Counted from the stretch's first letter, positions 1 through 10,892 are shown. The stretch: 64,000 bases of DNA from Macrostomum lignano (GCA_002269645.1 NIVC01000067.1:930001-994000); one strand, 5' to 3'. Translations and numbers: made by a program. The notes: generated from the letters alone by a model not told the origin.

Positions 1-344
1 TACTCTTTGCACCTCTCGACTCCGCTGTCCAGCACGCCAGGGCCCCAGCGGTATAAATCAGAGGGTTAGGGGCTTCAGGCTGGGGATCTATCACCCGCTG
101 GGGAGGGTCCCAGAGATATTAGAGATTTACAATCCCGGCATAATCGGGATGATAAGGTCAGACTGTGTCCGTGCGGAGTGCTGCTCGAGTGCAGTCGCAA
201 TTGGCTCTTAGAATGCGCACCAAGCATGCTGGAGCTTTGTCGAGCGCACTGCCTGCGACGCATCTTGGCAAAAACGAAGCCTGATCTTAATTATCAGGGT
301 AATAGTCGATTTGTCAATTACTCTTCGCCATTATTATTACGAAC

Positions 345-437
345 ATATTATCATCATCAGTATCACGATCACCACCATTTCCATCTCCATCATCATCATA
401 ATCATCACCATCATCACCATTATCATCATCATCACCG

Positions 438-470
<33 letters not shown>

Positions 471-540
471 CCGTCATCATCATCATCATCATTATCATCA
501 TCATCACCGTCATCATCATCATCATCATTATCATCATCAT
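345..540. repeat. Degenerate (CAT)n microsatellite flanking the LINE 3' end
   Basis: CAT runs with interspersed CACCGT and TAT variants; source of the poly-His/Ile/Asp/Met ORFs. Confidence 0.95.
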
Positions 541-700
541 CTTCTTCTTCTTCTTCCCTTTTGTCGCCTGTGTGGCATGGGCAGTCTTCGGGGTCTCTCG
601 TCAGCAGTCCTTGCAGGTGCGTAGGTGGCGTGCCATGTTCGTCGCGGCGAGCGTGCGCCCACAACCTTCGCATTGTTTAGTTTTCGCTCGGTACTTCCTC

Positions 701-3700
701 TCACCTCCGGGACCGTGTCTCTTCCCGCGTTGTACCGCAGGTTTTGCGGTGTCTCGCTAGGTTTGATTTCGATATTTCTCGAGCACAGTTCGCGCATTTT
801 ACGCGGTTTCCTCCCACTTCTCTCTCTCCTCCGCAGACCTTTACGTGGTTTAACCACGTTGCCTCTTGCCTGAACTGCTTCTCGCATTTTTCGCACTTGA
901 ACGTTACTGGTTCTTCTATCTTGCGGTGCATCCTCTTTTGGTGAATGGTCAGGCCTGCTTTGCTTTTGCACTCCTTTCCGCAGTCTGCGTATTCACATAT
1001 GAATGTTCTTGTTTTCTCCTGTTTCTGTTTGTCGTTCCTTTCGATGTTCCTTGCTTCTGCCTTCTTTCCTTGTTGTTGTTCCCATCTCTTGAGGTGGCTT
1101 ATGCGTTCTTGAACAATTTTTCGCCATTTCTGGCGGTCGGTTGCTAGTCTCTCTGTCCTTTCGGGCTCGATCCCTGCTTGGCGTAGTAGTCGCTTCCAAT
1201 ATTCAATGGTGTTACCTTTTCTCGTACGTGTTTTCTTAATCTTTTCCAGACCTTTGTACCATCCGAGAACCATCTTTTTCGTTAGGCGGTTCGCCTCCAT
1301 GCGAAGCACATGTCCGATGCGGATCAGGTGGCTCTTCTCAATCTTTGTTTGTATTGTCGTTACTTCTAGTTCATTGCGAATGTCCTGCATATTTATTCCT
1401 TTTGCCTCCATTTCCCTTAGTGGTTCCATTTTCCTGCTGCTCCATATCTGCCGGTAGATCCGGTCCATGAAGCTTTGTAGTTGTTTCGTTTCTGACTTCA
1501 GGAATGGGCGTATGTTCGCGTGGAATAGCAGGATGCTCTCTATACAGGCTTCAACGACCTTCGCTTGCGTGGTCTTTTTCAACCTGCACTTGATGAAACG
1601 TCTACGGATCGTCGACCAGCTTCTCGCCGCTTTTTGCAATCTCTGGCTCGTGTCATATTTCGTGTCCGTCCATGATCCTAGCATTCGTACTTTTCCTCCC
1701 TCTCTGGTTCCGAATATCATTACCTCTTGCTTTTTGTCGTTCGTTTGTTCTTCGAATCCTGCCATTATTTCTTTCGTCGACTCTAGGCCCGCGCTGAGTT
1801 CCTTGCGGTTGCCTAGGATAGTGGTGTCGTCTGCGAATAGAACTGTTCTGATGAGTTCGGTTTTGGTCTCCGAGTTTGGTTGGTTTCTTCGCTGAGGTGG
1901 GAGTGAGCTTCCTGGGAGGTATGTCCATTCGATTCCGCATATTTGCTCTTTCTCCTTCGCTGTTTGTGTTCTTTTCTCCTCGACTTCCCTGATGCATGCT
2001 TGGTGAAAGATATTAAATAGAACTGGGGATGTCGGGCATCCTTCGCGTAGTCCTCTTTCTGGCAACCACGATTCACTGGACTGTTTCTTTCCTTTCACCT
2101 TATACTCTGTGTATTCATGAAGATCCTTCAATTTGTCAATCACTTTTTCCGGCAGGGCGTATTTCTGTAGTATCCCCCAAAGTATCGGCTTGCTGACTCT
2201 GGGGTATGCTTTCCGGAGGTCTAGGAGAAATGCTAGTTGGTCTTCTTCTAGGTTGCAGTCTCCTATGGCGTTTTTCGCCTGGCGGTATTCTGTTATGTCC
2301 TCTTGTAGACGGATGATTATCTGGGTGCTGTCTGCCGTTGATCGGTTGGCTCTAAAGCCATTCTGATTGTCGTCAAGCGCCCCGACTCGTTCTGCCCAGT
2401 CCCGTAACCTTGAGGCGATTATTCTTGCCAATATGCGACTTAGCATCGGCAGGAGGCACACTCCTCGGTAATTGTTAAGGTCGGTCCTGTCCCCCTTTTT
2501 AAAGAGTGGTATGATAAGGCCTACCTTCTCACTGGCTTCCCAGTGCCACGCTCGGTGTTCGTATAGATATCGGATTCTTTCCCGGACAGCTTCTCTAACT
2601 TCTTCGGGCCCTTCCTTAAGGTAGCGCAGGCGTATTTCGTCCTCTCCCGGGCTTTTGTCCTTCATTTCTTTGATTGCTCTTTCGATCTCCGCGTCACTCG
2701 GTGTGTCGCTGAGTTCTCTGTATTCTTCCTTGCTAATGGTTTTACTTCCCGCTGGGGTTTTGATGTTTCTAATGAGCTCTGTGATCTTCTCCGGTTCGTT
2801 CTCCATTCTTGTTTTCTGTATGTTTTCTAGGTGTTCCTTGAATTCCTGTTCGTCGATATTCGTGCCTCTTTCACTATTGTTGAAGGCCGTGCCTCTTTTG
2901 TCTAGGAGTCGGAGTTTGTCGTATACCACCGCTATTTGTCCTTTGTCTGCTGCGGTTCTACATTCGTCGGCCAGTTGATCCCACCACTGTTCTTCCCATT
3001 CACGCACCGCGTTTTTTTGGGTTTTTCGTGTTTTTCTCAGCGCTTCTTCTGCTCTCTTCGTCTGCTCGCTTCTCGGGCCGTGGGTTTCCCTGGCCCTGTT
3101 CCTCTGTTGGAGTCTTACAGCCACTTCTTCGTGCAACCTCTTTAGGTCGTTTTCGTGGGATGACATCCACGGATTTGTTTGTCGGTTCGCTGGTCCGCAA
3201 ATCGACTTTGCACTCTCTACGATTATTCTTTGCACTTCTGTCCATGGGGGTTGTTCTCTTTCCTCCTTGTTCTCCTTCCACGTTTGCATCCTTCTTTCCA
3301 ACTCTTTTTTGAATTTCTTTGCGTTCTCTTCATCATAGAGCTTCTTCCAGTTGATGCCTTGATTACTTCTCCTGTACAGTCTTTTTGCGTTCGGTCTTTT
3401 TCCTGTGTCGGCTACGCTCCTGATTATTAATGTCTTTGGGATGTGGTCGGACAGTGCACAGCCGTTGTGATTTTTAATTGATTTTATGATTTTATTACGG
3501 TCCTCTGCTCTTGTCGCGAATCCATCAATTTCGTACCATCTTCCGTTACTTGGGTTCTGCCATGTCCCTCGTCGTTTTTGGTGGTAGAACGAGTTTACCC
3601 ATGTGAGGTCGTTGGATGTCAACCAGTTCACTAGGTCTTCTCCCTGCTTATTTGTTGTCTCCAAGCCAAATTTCCCTCTGTTTGATGTTGGTTTTTCTGA

Positions 3701-4270
3701 GTTTTTGCCAATCTGAGCATTGAAATCTCCTCCTATAATCAGTGGTCTTGGTGTCTTATCCGCATGGATGTACCGTTCAATCTCATGTCGGAGTGCAGCC
3801 AGCTCTGTTTCGTATTGTTGACTGCCCATGACCGGACTATAGATGCTGATGATTGATAACTTGTAGATTTCAAGCATAACCGCTCTCTCGCACCTCGTTA
3901 CCTTTGCTCCGCTCTCTCTCCAGATGGTGTGCCATTCGTCATTGAGTACAATTCCCGCTTTCCTGCTGTGAATCAGGTGGACATTCTTTCCTTTTTGGTG
4001 GTAGCTTCTTATTCCATCGTCTGGTGCTCTAAGTTCTGAGATTAGAGTGATTTGCCAGTTCTCTGTCATTATTTTCTTCGTTATCTCTCCGAAGCGTCTG
4101 TCCAGGATGTTAGCTCTCTGCACGTTCCATGTTGTGATTCGAGTCTCCTCTTCAAGTCTCTTCTGTCTGCGGTTCTTCTCGTTTTGCTTCCTTCTTGTCC
4201 TTCTTTCTTTCCGTCTTTCATTTCTCTTTTTCTTCCATTCCCTTGTCTTTTTTTTGGTTTGCGCTCGTTT
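701..4270 (-). CDS. LINE ORF2: apurinic endonuclease + reverse transcriptase + three C-terminal zinc-finger-like motifs
   Basis: The frame is open upstream of the track's GTG start, to 4270. APE motifs: RITTWNVQ, GGDFNAQIG, YEIDGF, LSDHIP. RT motifs: KGDRTDLNNYRGVCLL, QNGFR, DLRKAYPRV, GLREGCPTSPVLFNIF, LFADD, GHVLRME. Fingers: CEYADC..H..H, CEKC..H..C, CANC..H..C. Confidence 0.95.
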   Translation of the reverse strand, partial: KRAQTKKKTREWKKKRNERRKERRTRRKQNEKNRRQKRLEEETRITTWNVQRANILDRRFGEITKKIMTENWQITLISELRAPDDGIRSYHQKGKNVHLIHSRKAGIVLNDEWHTIWRESGAKVTRCERAVMLEIYKLSIISIYSPVMGSQQYETELAALRHEIERYIHADKTPRPLIIGGDFNAQIGKNSEKPTSNRGKFGLETTNKQGEDLVNWLTSNDLTWVNSFYHQKRRGTWQNPSNGRWYEIDGFATRAEDRNKIIKSIKNHNGCALSDHIPKTLIIRSVADTGKRPNAKRLYRRSNQGINWKKLYDEENAKKFKKELERRMQTWKENKEEREQPPWTEVQRIIVESAKSICGPANRQTNPWMSSHENDLKRLHEEVAVRLQQRNRARETHGPRSEQTKRAEEALRKTRKTQKNAVREWEEQWWDQLADECRTAADKGQIAVVYDKLRLLDKRGTAFNNSERGTNIDEQEFKEHLENIQKTRMENEPEKITELIRNIKTPAGSKTISKEEYRELSDTPSDAEIERAIKEMKDKSPGEDEIRLRYLKEGPEEVREAVRERIRYLYEHRAWHWEASEKVGLIIPLFKKGDRTDLNNYRGVCLLPMLSRILARIIASRLRDWAERVGALDDNQNGFRANRSTADSTQIIIRLQEDITEYRQAKNAIGDCNLEEDQLAFLLDLRKAYPRVSKPILWGILQKYALPEKVIDKLKDLHEYTEYKVKGKKQSSESWLPERGLREGCPTSPVLFNIFHQACIREVEEKRTQTAKEKEQICGIEWTYLPGSSLPPQRRNQPNSETKTELIRTVLFADDTTILGNRKELSAGLESTKEIMAGFEEQTNDKKQEVMIFGTREGGKVRMLGSWTDTKYDTSQRLQKAARSWSTIRRRFIKCRLKKTTQAKVVEACIESILLFHANIRPFLKSETKQLQSFMDRIYRQIWSSRKMEPLREMEAKGINMQDIRNELEVTTIQTKIEKSHLIRIGHVLRMEANRLTKKMVLGWYKGLEKIKKTRTRKGNTIEYWKRLLRQAGIEPERTERLATDRQKWRKIVQERISHLKRWEQQQGKKAEARNIERNDKQKQEKTRTFICEYADCGKECKSKAGLTIHQKRMHRKIEEPVTFKCEKCEKQFRQEATWLNHVKVCGGEREVGGNRVKCANCAREISKSNLARHRKTCGTTREETRSRR

Positions 4271-4470
4271 TTATTCGTTTTTGTTTGTTTTTTAGGTGCT
4301 TCCTGTGCTCTCGGTCCCGGATTCTTTTCAATAGTTCTTAGTCTTATTCTTATTATTTCTACAAGGTGTCTCTTCTTCTTCTTGATGTTGGTCCTGCTTT
4401 TTCTCTTTCTCTTTTCGTCCCCGTCTCGACTGTGGTTGGCCTGGTGTTGTGCGGCAGCTAGGTCGGCCAT
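4081..4470 (-). CDS. Short basic upstream ORF of the LINE containing the 2A-like motif TIEKNPGP
   Basis: ATG at 4470 (MADLAAAQ...); IEKNPGP is encoded at 4332-4312. The ORF overlaps ORF2 in a different frame. Confidence 0.6.
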   Translation of the reverse strand: MADLAAAQHQANHSRDGDEKRKRKSRTNIKKKKRHLVEIIRIRLRTIEKNPGPRAQEAPKKQTKTNKNERKPKKRQGNGRKREMKDGKKEGQEGSKTRRTADRRDLKRRLESQHGTCRELTSWTDASER

Positions 4471-4550
4471 GGCTACCTGCCGTTGCTGAAAAGGGCCGGT
4501 TGCACAGTTCCGACTTGCGTCGTGGGCTGGGCTCCGTGCCGGATTCCCTC

Positions 4551-4627
4551 TGCGTCTTCTTTGCCAGGATGTGTGACCACATTCTGTCCACTTGCCACCT
4601 CGGGAAGGTGAGACACAATCGGCAAGC
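4551..4627 (-). ncRNA. HDV-like self-cleaving ribozyme (predicted) at the LINE 5' end
   Basis: P1 GCTTGCC/GGCAAGT with G1-U wobble; J1/2 GAT; P2 TGTGTCTC/GAAGACGCA; P3 ACC/GGT; L3 TTCCCGA; P1.1 CC/GG; P4 CAG..ATGTG-GTCA-CACAT..CTG; J4/2 GCAAA with candidate catalytic C at 4563. Confidence 0.8.
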
Positions 4628-4634
4628 ACACAAT

Positions 4635-4673
<39 letters not shown>

Positions 4674-4697
4674 TTCATCATCATCACCGTCATCATC

Positions 4698-4729
<32 letters not shown>

Positions 4730-4786
4730 CATCATCATCTTCATCATCATCACCGTCATCATCATCATCATCATCACCATCATCAC

Positions 4787-4826
<40 letters not shown>

Positions 4827-4850
4827 TTCATCATCATCACCGTCATCATC

Positions 4851-4882
<32 letters not shown>

Positions 4883-4959
4883 CATCATCATCTTCATCAT
4901 CATCACCGTCATCATCATCATCATCATCACCATCATCACCATCATCATCATCATCACCG

Positions 4960-5000
<41 letters not shown>

Positions 5001-5084
5001 TCTATCATCATCATCATCATCATCATCTCTATCATCATCATCATCACCGTCATCATCATCATCATCATCATCATATCCATTATC

Positions 5085-5136
<52 letters not shown>

Positions 5137-5139
5137 CCG

Positions 5140-5181
<42 letters not shown>

Positions 5182-5210
5182 CCGTCATCATCACTGTCAT
5201 CATCATCAGC
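4635..5210. repeat. Degenerate (CAT)n microsatellite flanking the LINE 5' end
   Basis: About 575 bp of CAT with CACCGT, CTT and CTCTAT variants. Confidence 0.95.
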
Positions 5211-5529
5211 ACATTATTATCATTCGATTTTGACAATTTTGGCAGGAAATTCTGATGTTGAATTTATTCTGTGGTCTGAACTTCTTTGCGAGTAGAAATT
5301 AGTTGGAAGAAGAATCCATGGAAAAGTTGATTTTCCCGATTTTGTAGCTTTTACAAAGAACTAACTAATACCTCAACGAGAGACTCTTGTCTCGAGGGAT
5401 CAGGTTTTCATGGGGCTGACACTAAAGTAAGGACTACTAGACTAGATATAACGAAGTGTTCCTAGTGGTCCTTGCACTAAAGGTCACTCCTGGTTTTGAC
5501 CCACTTGCTGATCGCAAATTAACTCAATT

Positions 5530-5725
5530 TTGCAGTAAGACGCACGGGTCTCGGGCCGCAGACCCCGGGTTCGAACCCCTGCGTGGCCACGTCAACTTTT
5601 TACGAAATCTTTGCAGTCTGGAGCTTGTTGCGCAGCTCACGCCCTTGAGGGCCAACCCGCAAGGAGCAGAGATGTACATGCCGGACGATTAGAAAGTCAG
5701 GACCGCTGTACACCCTCTGTGAGCG
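5530..5725 (+). mobile_element. tRNA-derived SINE copy, degenerate or 5'-truncated (family A)
   Basis: B-box GGTTCGAACCC at 5568-5578. The body GCCCTTGAGGGCCAACCCGCAAGG..TGTACATGCC..GACGATTAGAAAGTCAGG is shared with the copies at 5730-6088 and 8765-8870. Confidence 0.6.
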
Positions 5726-5729
5726 TTCC

Positions 5730-6088
5730 TACGCCTTGAAAACGACAGACAGGCTGCTATTAGCGGCAGGGGTTGTGTGCACCCTGGCGCACTTTAGGCG
5801 ACATTGTCACACAACCGGCGAGAGGCATTGCTGCCCATTCCGCCGACTCCCCTGAGGAGGCATACAAGCGCGCGGATACGTACGCAGTCATACGCACAGG
5901 CACACACTCACGTTAGGCATGTACACTTCACTGCGCCTTGGGGGTTGGCCTTCAAGGGCGTTAATTGCACGAGCAGAGCCAAGCCGAGATTCCAGTTGAG
6001 CCCCAAATTAATGTGACTGTACTGGGAATCGAGCCTGGGCCGCTGGCTTAGCAGAGCGCCGCGCCAGACCACTGGTCTACGGTCCCCC
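5730..6088 (-). mobile_element. tRNA-derived SINE copy (family A)
   Basis: The head starts GGGGGACCG, with A-box TAGACCAGTGG (6079-6069) and B-box GGCTCGATTCC (6035-6025), then the body GCCCTTGAAGGCCAACCCCCAAGGCGCAG..GTGTACATGCC. The 3' end is approximate. Confidence 0.7.
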
Positions 6089-6739
6089 TGGTGACATGGG
6101 CTTAGGTAAGCTTCCAGTGCCAATATCCTGACTCTCTCCAGGGGTTTACTCAAGTAGTTACTCAAGCGCAAAACGGAATTGTCTTCTGTTGAATCCCAGA
6201 CCATGTGCTCAGGCATCGGAGCAGTGTGAGAATCCCATCACGAAGGTGAAGAGACTTGGGACCTTGGATTTGCTGATGCCCGCATGGAAACTCTTCATCA
6301 CCTGTCCGTTCGAGAGCCTGGCTGACTGCCGGGACCAGGCTAAGGGATTTCCAATATGTTACTGATTTGTAGTTACAAGTGGCCACTGATATTCAACTAC
6401 AGACTTAACGCAGTGAGTTAACGTGAGTCTGTCTGAGGTGTGACTGATTTCTAAGATGCTGTGCAACAAGTTACAGATTAATTCTGAGTGAGTCTGAGGT
6501 GAGCACTGAACAGTGACCAATTCTGATAAAGTTTTTGTAATCAATGACCAGTTTCTAAGAAATACTGTGAAATCAGGGACTTCTTTCTTAGAAAATCCGT
6601 TCGATCAGTGCCCTATTTCAAGGAAAGCCCGTGTATTCAGTGCTTTATTTCTAAGAAAGCCTATGTAATAATCAGTGCCCTATTTCTGAGACATTCTGTA
6701 TAGTAATCAGTGATCTATTGCTAAGAATGCCTGTGCAAT

Positions 6740-7465
6740 TAGTGCCCTTATTTCTAAGAAAGCCTGTGTAATAAGTGGCCTGTTTCTATGAAAGCCTGTG
6801 TAATCAGTGGCCTGTTTCTAAGAAAGCCTGTGTAATAAGTGGCCTGTTTCTATGAAAGCCTGTGTAATCAGTGGCCTGTTTCTAAGAAAGCCTGTGTAAT
6901 CAGTGGCCTGTTTCTAAGAAAGCCTGTGTAATCAGTGGCCTGTTTCTTAGAAAGCCTGTGTAATAAGTGGCCTGTTTCTATGAAAGCCTGTGTAATCAGT
7001 GGCCTGTTTCTAAGAAAGCCTGTGTAATCAGTGGCCTGTTTCTAAGAAAGCCTGTGTAATCAGTGGCCTGTTTCTTAGAAAGCCTGTGTAATAAGTGGCC
7101 TGTTTCTATGAAAGCCTGTGTAATCAGTGGCCTGTTTCTAAGAAAGCCTGTGTAATCAGTGGCCTGTTTCTATGAAAGCCTGTGTAATCAGTGGCCTGTT
7201 TCTAAGAAAGCCTGTGTAATAAGTGGCCTGTTTCTATGAAAGCCTGTGTAATCAGTGGCCTGTTTCTAAGAAAGCCTGTGTAATCAGTGGCCTGTTTCTA
7301 AGAAAGCCTGTGTAATCAGTGGCCTGTTTCTAAGAAAGCCTGTGTAATCAGTGGCCTGTTTCTAAGAAAGCCTGTGTAATCAGTGGCCTGTTTCTAAGAA
7401 AGCCTGTGTAATCAGTGATATGTTTCTAAGAAAGCCTTGTAATTAGTGGCCTGTTTCTGAGAAAG
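6740..7465. repeat. 32-bp minisatellite AAGAAAGCCTGTGTAATCAGTGGCCTGTTTCT
   Basis: About 22 tandem units, with degenerate copies from about 6600. Confidence 0.95.
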
Positions 7466-7799
7466 CCTGTTTCTATGAAAACAACCTCCATAATTGACCC
7501 AGAGCAGAATCCAAAAGCAGATTGGCCACCAAAATTTCTAAATGGCTGTTAACTTTCTCTCTCATAGATCGCATCAAACTGAGGAAGCTGGAGATTAAGC
7601 GATGAAGCAGAGACACACACAGATAGCGGATAAAGGAAATCCATTCGCAGCTGTTAACGTTTTCCCACCAGGGGTTTTCTTAGAAGTAAATGCCAGGAAA
7701 TGCAGTTGGCAGTTCGATGTAAGCCGTTAAACCGATGCCCCTGGCTGGTGCATGCGCATAGCAGAAACAGAGAGTCTTCAGGCGGGCATTTGCTCACCG

Positions 7800-7920
7800 G
7801 TAAACAGAGACACGTCGGAAATCTTCAGCTCAACCATGGGTTGAGTTGGCGACTTGCGCCGATTCGAACCAGCGACCACCATGACTGATCGAGACGGTAA
7901 ACTCTCACTAGTTAGTCAAT
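7800..7920 (-). mobile_element. Possible degenerate tRNA-like SINE head
   Basis: GGTTCGAATC (7870-7861) is preceded by a weak A-box-like stretch; there is no clean cloverleaf. Confidence 0.3.
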
Positions 7921-8544
7921 AGGAGACAGTCTGGTAGGGTGAAATGGCTGCTAAAGAATTTCCAAGCCTCACTTTATAGCAGTCCTGCCTCAGAGCATGC
8001 AGACACAGCCCAGCGCTTTGAGGACTGGCCAATGAACGAGCACCTTGGCAGGCGGAGCATAAAAATTTGAGTGACTTTGGTCCTGCGCCGGGACTTCTGT
8101 AGCGGAACAACTGGACTGCCAGTAGTAAGGTTTCTAGATTGAAAAGCTGCTAAAACACACAGCATTGCAATCTGGGTTTTGTTTGGCTATCTTCTTCCCT
8201 GGAGCAGCGAATGTTTATCCCAGTTTGCAATCAGTTATCGCTTTTAATAGCCGAGAGTAGAATAAACCCGGGATATTCCATTCCCGCCTGAGCGACAGGT
8301 TAGCTTTGATAGAGAGATTGACGGGTAGGGTAGTTCTCTTAGCGGAGCGGGTTGGTTACAAAGCGGGATTTTTCTAGTGTAGTAACACTACTGGCACAGG
8401 AAGGCAGTGAGTGCTATCTTCAAGTGCAAGCAATGCCCCACAGTAGTCAAAATAATGACCCCCCCCCCTGAGTGGATAGCGAATAGCCGCCGTGAAAGTG
8501 GCTTCTTTCGATTTCCAATGCAGCAGAGAGTGCATCATGAGCAG

Positions 8545-8756
<212 letters not shown>

Positions 8757-8764
8757 AGAGATGG

Positions 8765-8870
8765 CAACTCTACCCATTCCACTGACTCCTGAGCACAGGG
8801 GGTGTACAGCTGTGGCCCTGACTTTCTAATCGTCAGGCATGTACACTCGCTGTGTCTTGGGGGTTGGGGG
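8765..8870 (-). mobile_element. Internal fragment of SINE family A
   Basis: The minus strand reads GTGTACATGCCTGACGATTAGAAAGTCAGGGCCACAGCTGTACACC..CTCAGGAGTCAGTGGAATGGG, homologous to both copies at 5.5-6.1 kb. Confidence 0.65.
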
Positions 8871-10227
8871 TTAACGACGATATCTATCGAAAACCACTTT
8901 GATTTCGCTGACACTGCGAATCAGAATTCAAATCGGTGCCAACGCCGAAGTTGGCAGCCCGAGTGGAACCCGCTCTCCTGCCTAAACTCTCCAGATCGTT
9001 AAAATGACACCGCCAATCAGTGCTGAGGCCTTTCGAAGTGGCCAGATTTTATTCATTATGACGGCCAGACTCAGTGGTCAGTCCTGCAATCACTCAGTCC
9101 TGTGATTGCATTACCCCATCGGCCTAAACTGTCACACTAAACGCCCCCCGGGCCCGGCGTCAAGCGTCAACAAGGCGAGCGCGGGCACGGGTCGAACCGA
9201 CTCTCCCAGGGATCAATACGATTTTGCCAGGACGGGGAACTGGTGTTGGGGCCTGAGCTCTATGGCCAAAGACGCCGCAGAGGATGAGTAGGAGAATGCA
9301 GCGGATCAGGGGACGGGTGGGGTAAGGGAGAGGATGTAGGGATTCCCGAGACCAAGGAGACCTTGAACTGAGATTCTGGAGTGTGTCGATTCCCCCCCCC
9401 CGAAATTCTCGTATACAGCCAATCTGCTCATTCTACCGTCAGCTTCAAGCATGAAAAACTTTACAGTATTCATTTTATGTCGAATGTGTGTTGCACGTGA
9501 AATATATAATTTCTGTTAAATTGCAGTAAAACTAGCCTTATAGAGTTGTCAATTCAGATTTTGGTTCTTGGTGTCCCTGCTGTCAGCCGGGCTCGGGCAA
9601 GATTATTAACCTGTCAGGACGCGTTAAGCTGCATCGCTTCGCATCGGAGGAGCCCGGCAGGGACCGGGTGCCGCCCGCCGCCTTGGGGATATTGGGAGAG
9701 AGCAGAGACGGAGGCGGCGACATCGAGCTGGTTTCCCGGACTGCCGGGTCAGAGAGTGATAGTGGATGCGACGGATTCAGGATGATATACAGGAGCGCCT
9801 CCTGCTGGTCCGCTCCAGCCCCGATTTTATGGCCCAGCCAGGAATTAATTACCTCTGGGCTGCGGGGGACTCCGCTACAGACTGCTGCCTGGGCGAGGCG
9901 CTAGCAGACTGCCCCCCCCGAGTTTGAGTAGAAGCTCGTGGAAGCTCATGATTTAACCGGCAGGAGGCAGCAATCGGAGCATGAAGCAAATGTTGAAAGG
10001 CAAAACACTTCTGAATTTGCTTCCTGACCGTTCCCAGGGGCTGCTCTTTGAGTAGGCTGAGGTCTCGAGGGACAACCGGCTTCGAACGAGTGAGAATGAA
10101 GGCCGGGGGACTTGCGGCAGCGAAGATTGTCTGTGAGACGGCTTAGGAAGCTGGAAGGGGGTGCTTGAGCTTAACCGCTGTGAGATAATGCGCCAGAGGT
10201 GAGAGGTTAAATGAAAAGGTTAGCAAA

Positions 10228-10326
10228 GACGGACTGACAGACAGAATGACAGACACAGACAGACAGACAGACAGACACACAGACAGACACAGACAGACAG
10301 ACAGACAGACACACAGACAGACAGAC

Positions 10327-10365
<39 letters not shown>

Positions 10366-10445
10366 CACAGACAGACACAGACAGACAGACAGACACACAG
10401 ACAGACAGACACAGACAGACAGACAGAACGACAGACAGACAGAAC

Positions 10446-10537
<92 letters not shown>

Positions 10538-10554
10538 CACAGACACACAGACAC

Positions 10555-10605
<51 letters not shown>

Positions 10606-10616
10606 CACAGACAGAC

Positions 10617-10691
<75 letters not shown>

Positions 10692-10692
10692 C

Positions 10693-10727
<35 letters not shown>

Positions 10728-10766
10728 CAGACAGACAGACACACAGACACACAGACAGACACAGAC

Positions 10767-10797
<31 letters not shown>

Positions 10798-10809
10798 GGC
10801 AGACAGACT

Positions 10810-10859
<50 letters not shown>

Positions 10860-10892
10860 TAGACACATAGACAGACAGACAGACAGACAGAC
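10228..10892. repeat. (CAGA)n microsatellite
   Basis: CAGA/CACA runs; source of the TDRQ and SVCL pseudo-ORFs. Confidence 0.95.

Larger units (their letters stand above)
541..4634 (-). mobile_element. Apparently full-length non-LTR retrotransposon (LINE, RTE-like) with 5' ribozyme, short upstream ORF, APE-RT-zinc finger ORF and (GAA)n 3' tail
   Basis: 1140-aa ORF with APE and RT motifs, a 5' UTR folding as an HDV-like ribozyme, and a tail (GAA)5 running into (GAT)n. Boundaries are blurred by the flanking microsatellite. Confidence 0.9.

Noticed and set aside
178-760. Poly-His, poly-Ile, poly-Asp and poly-Met ORFs (also at 4328-5255)
   Set aside because: These are translations of (CAT)n microsatellites in all frames, with no independent coding signal.
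6740-7465. Tandem arrays of 20-40 bp as possible CRISPR arrays (also 16376-17275, 23146-26225, 57121-57537)
   Set aside because: The units are contiguous with no unique spacers, there are no cas genes, and the context is eukaryotic.
9558-9904. Open frame after an attcag acceptor (FGSWCPCCQPGSGK..) as a terminal exon
   Set aside because: No recognisable domain and no partner exons could be linked, so there is too little support to call it.
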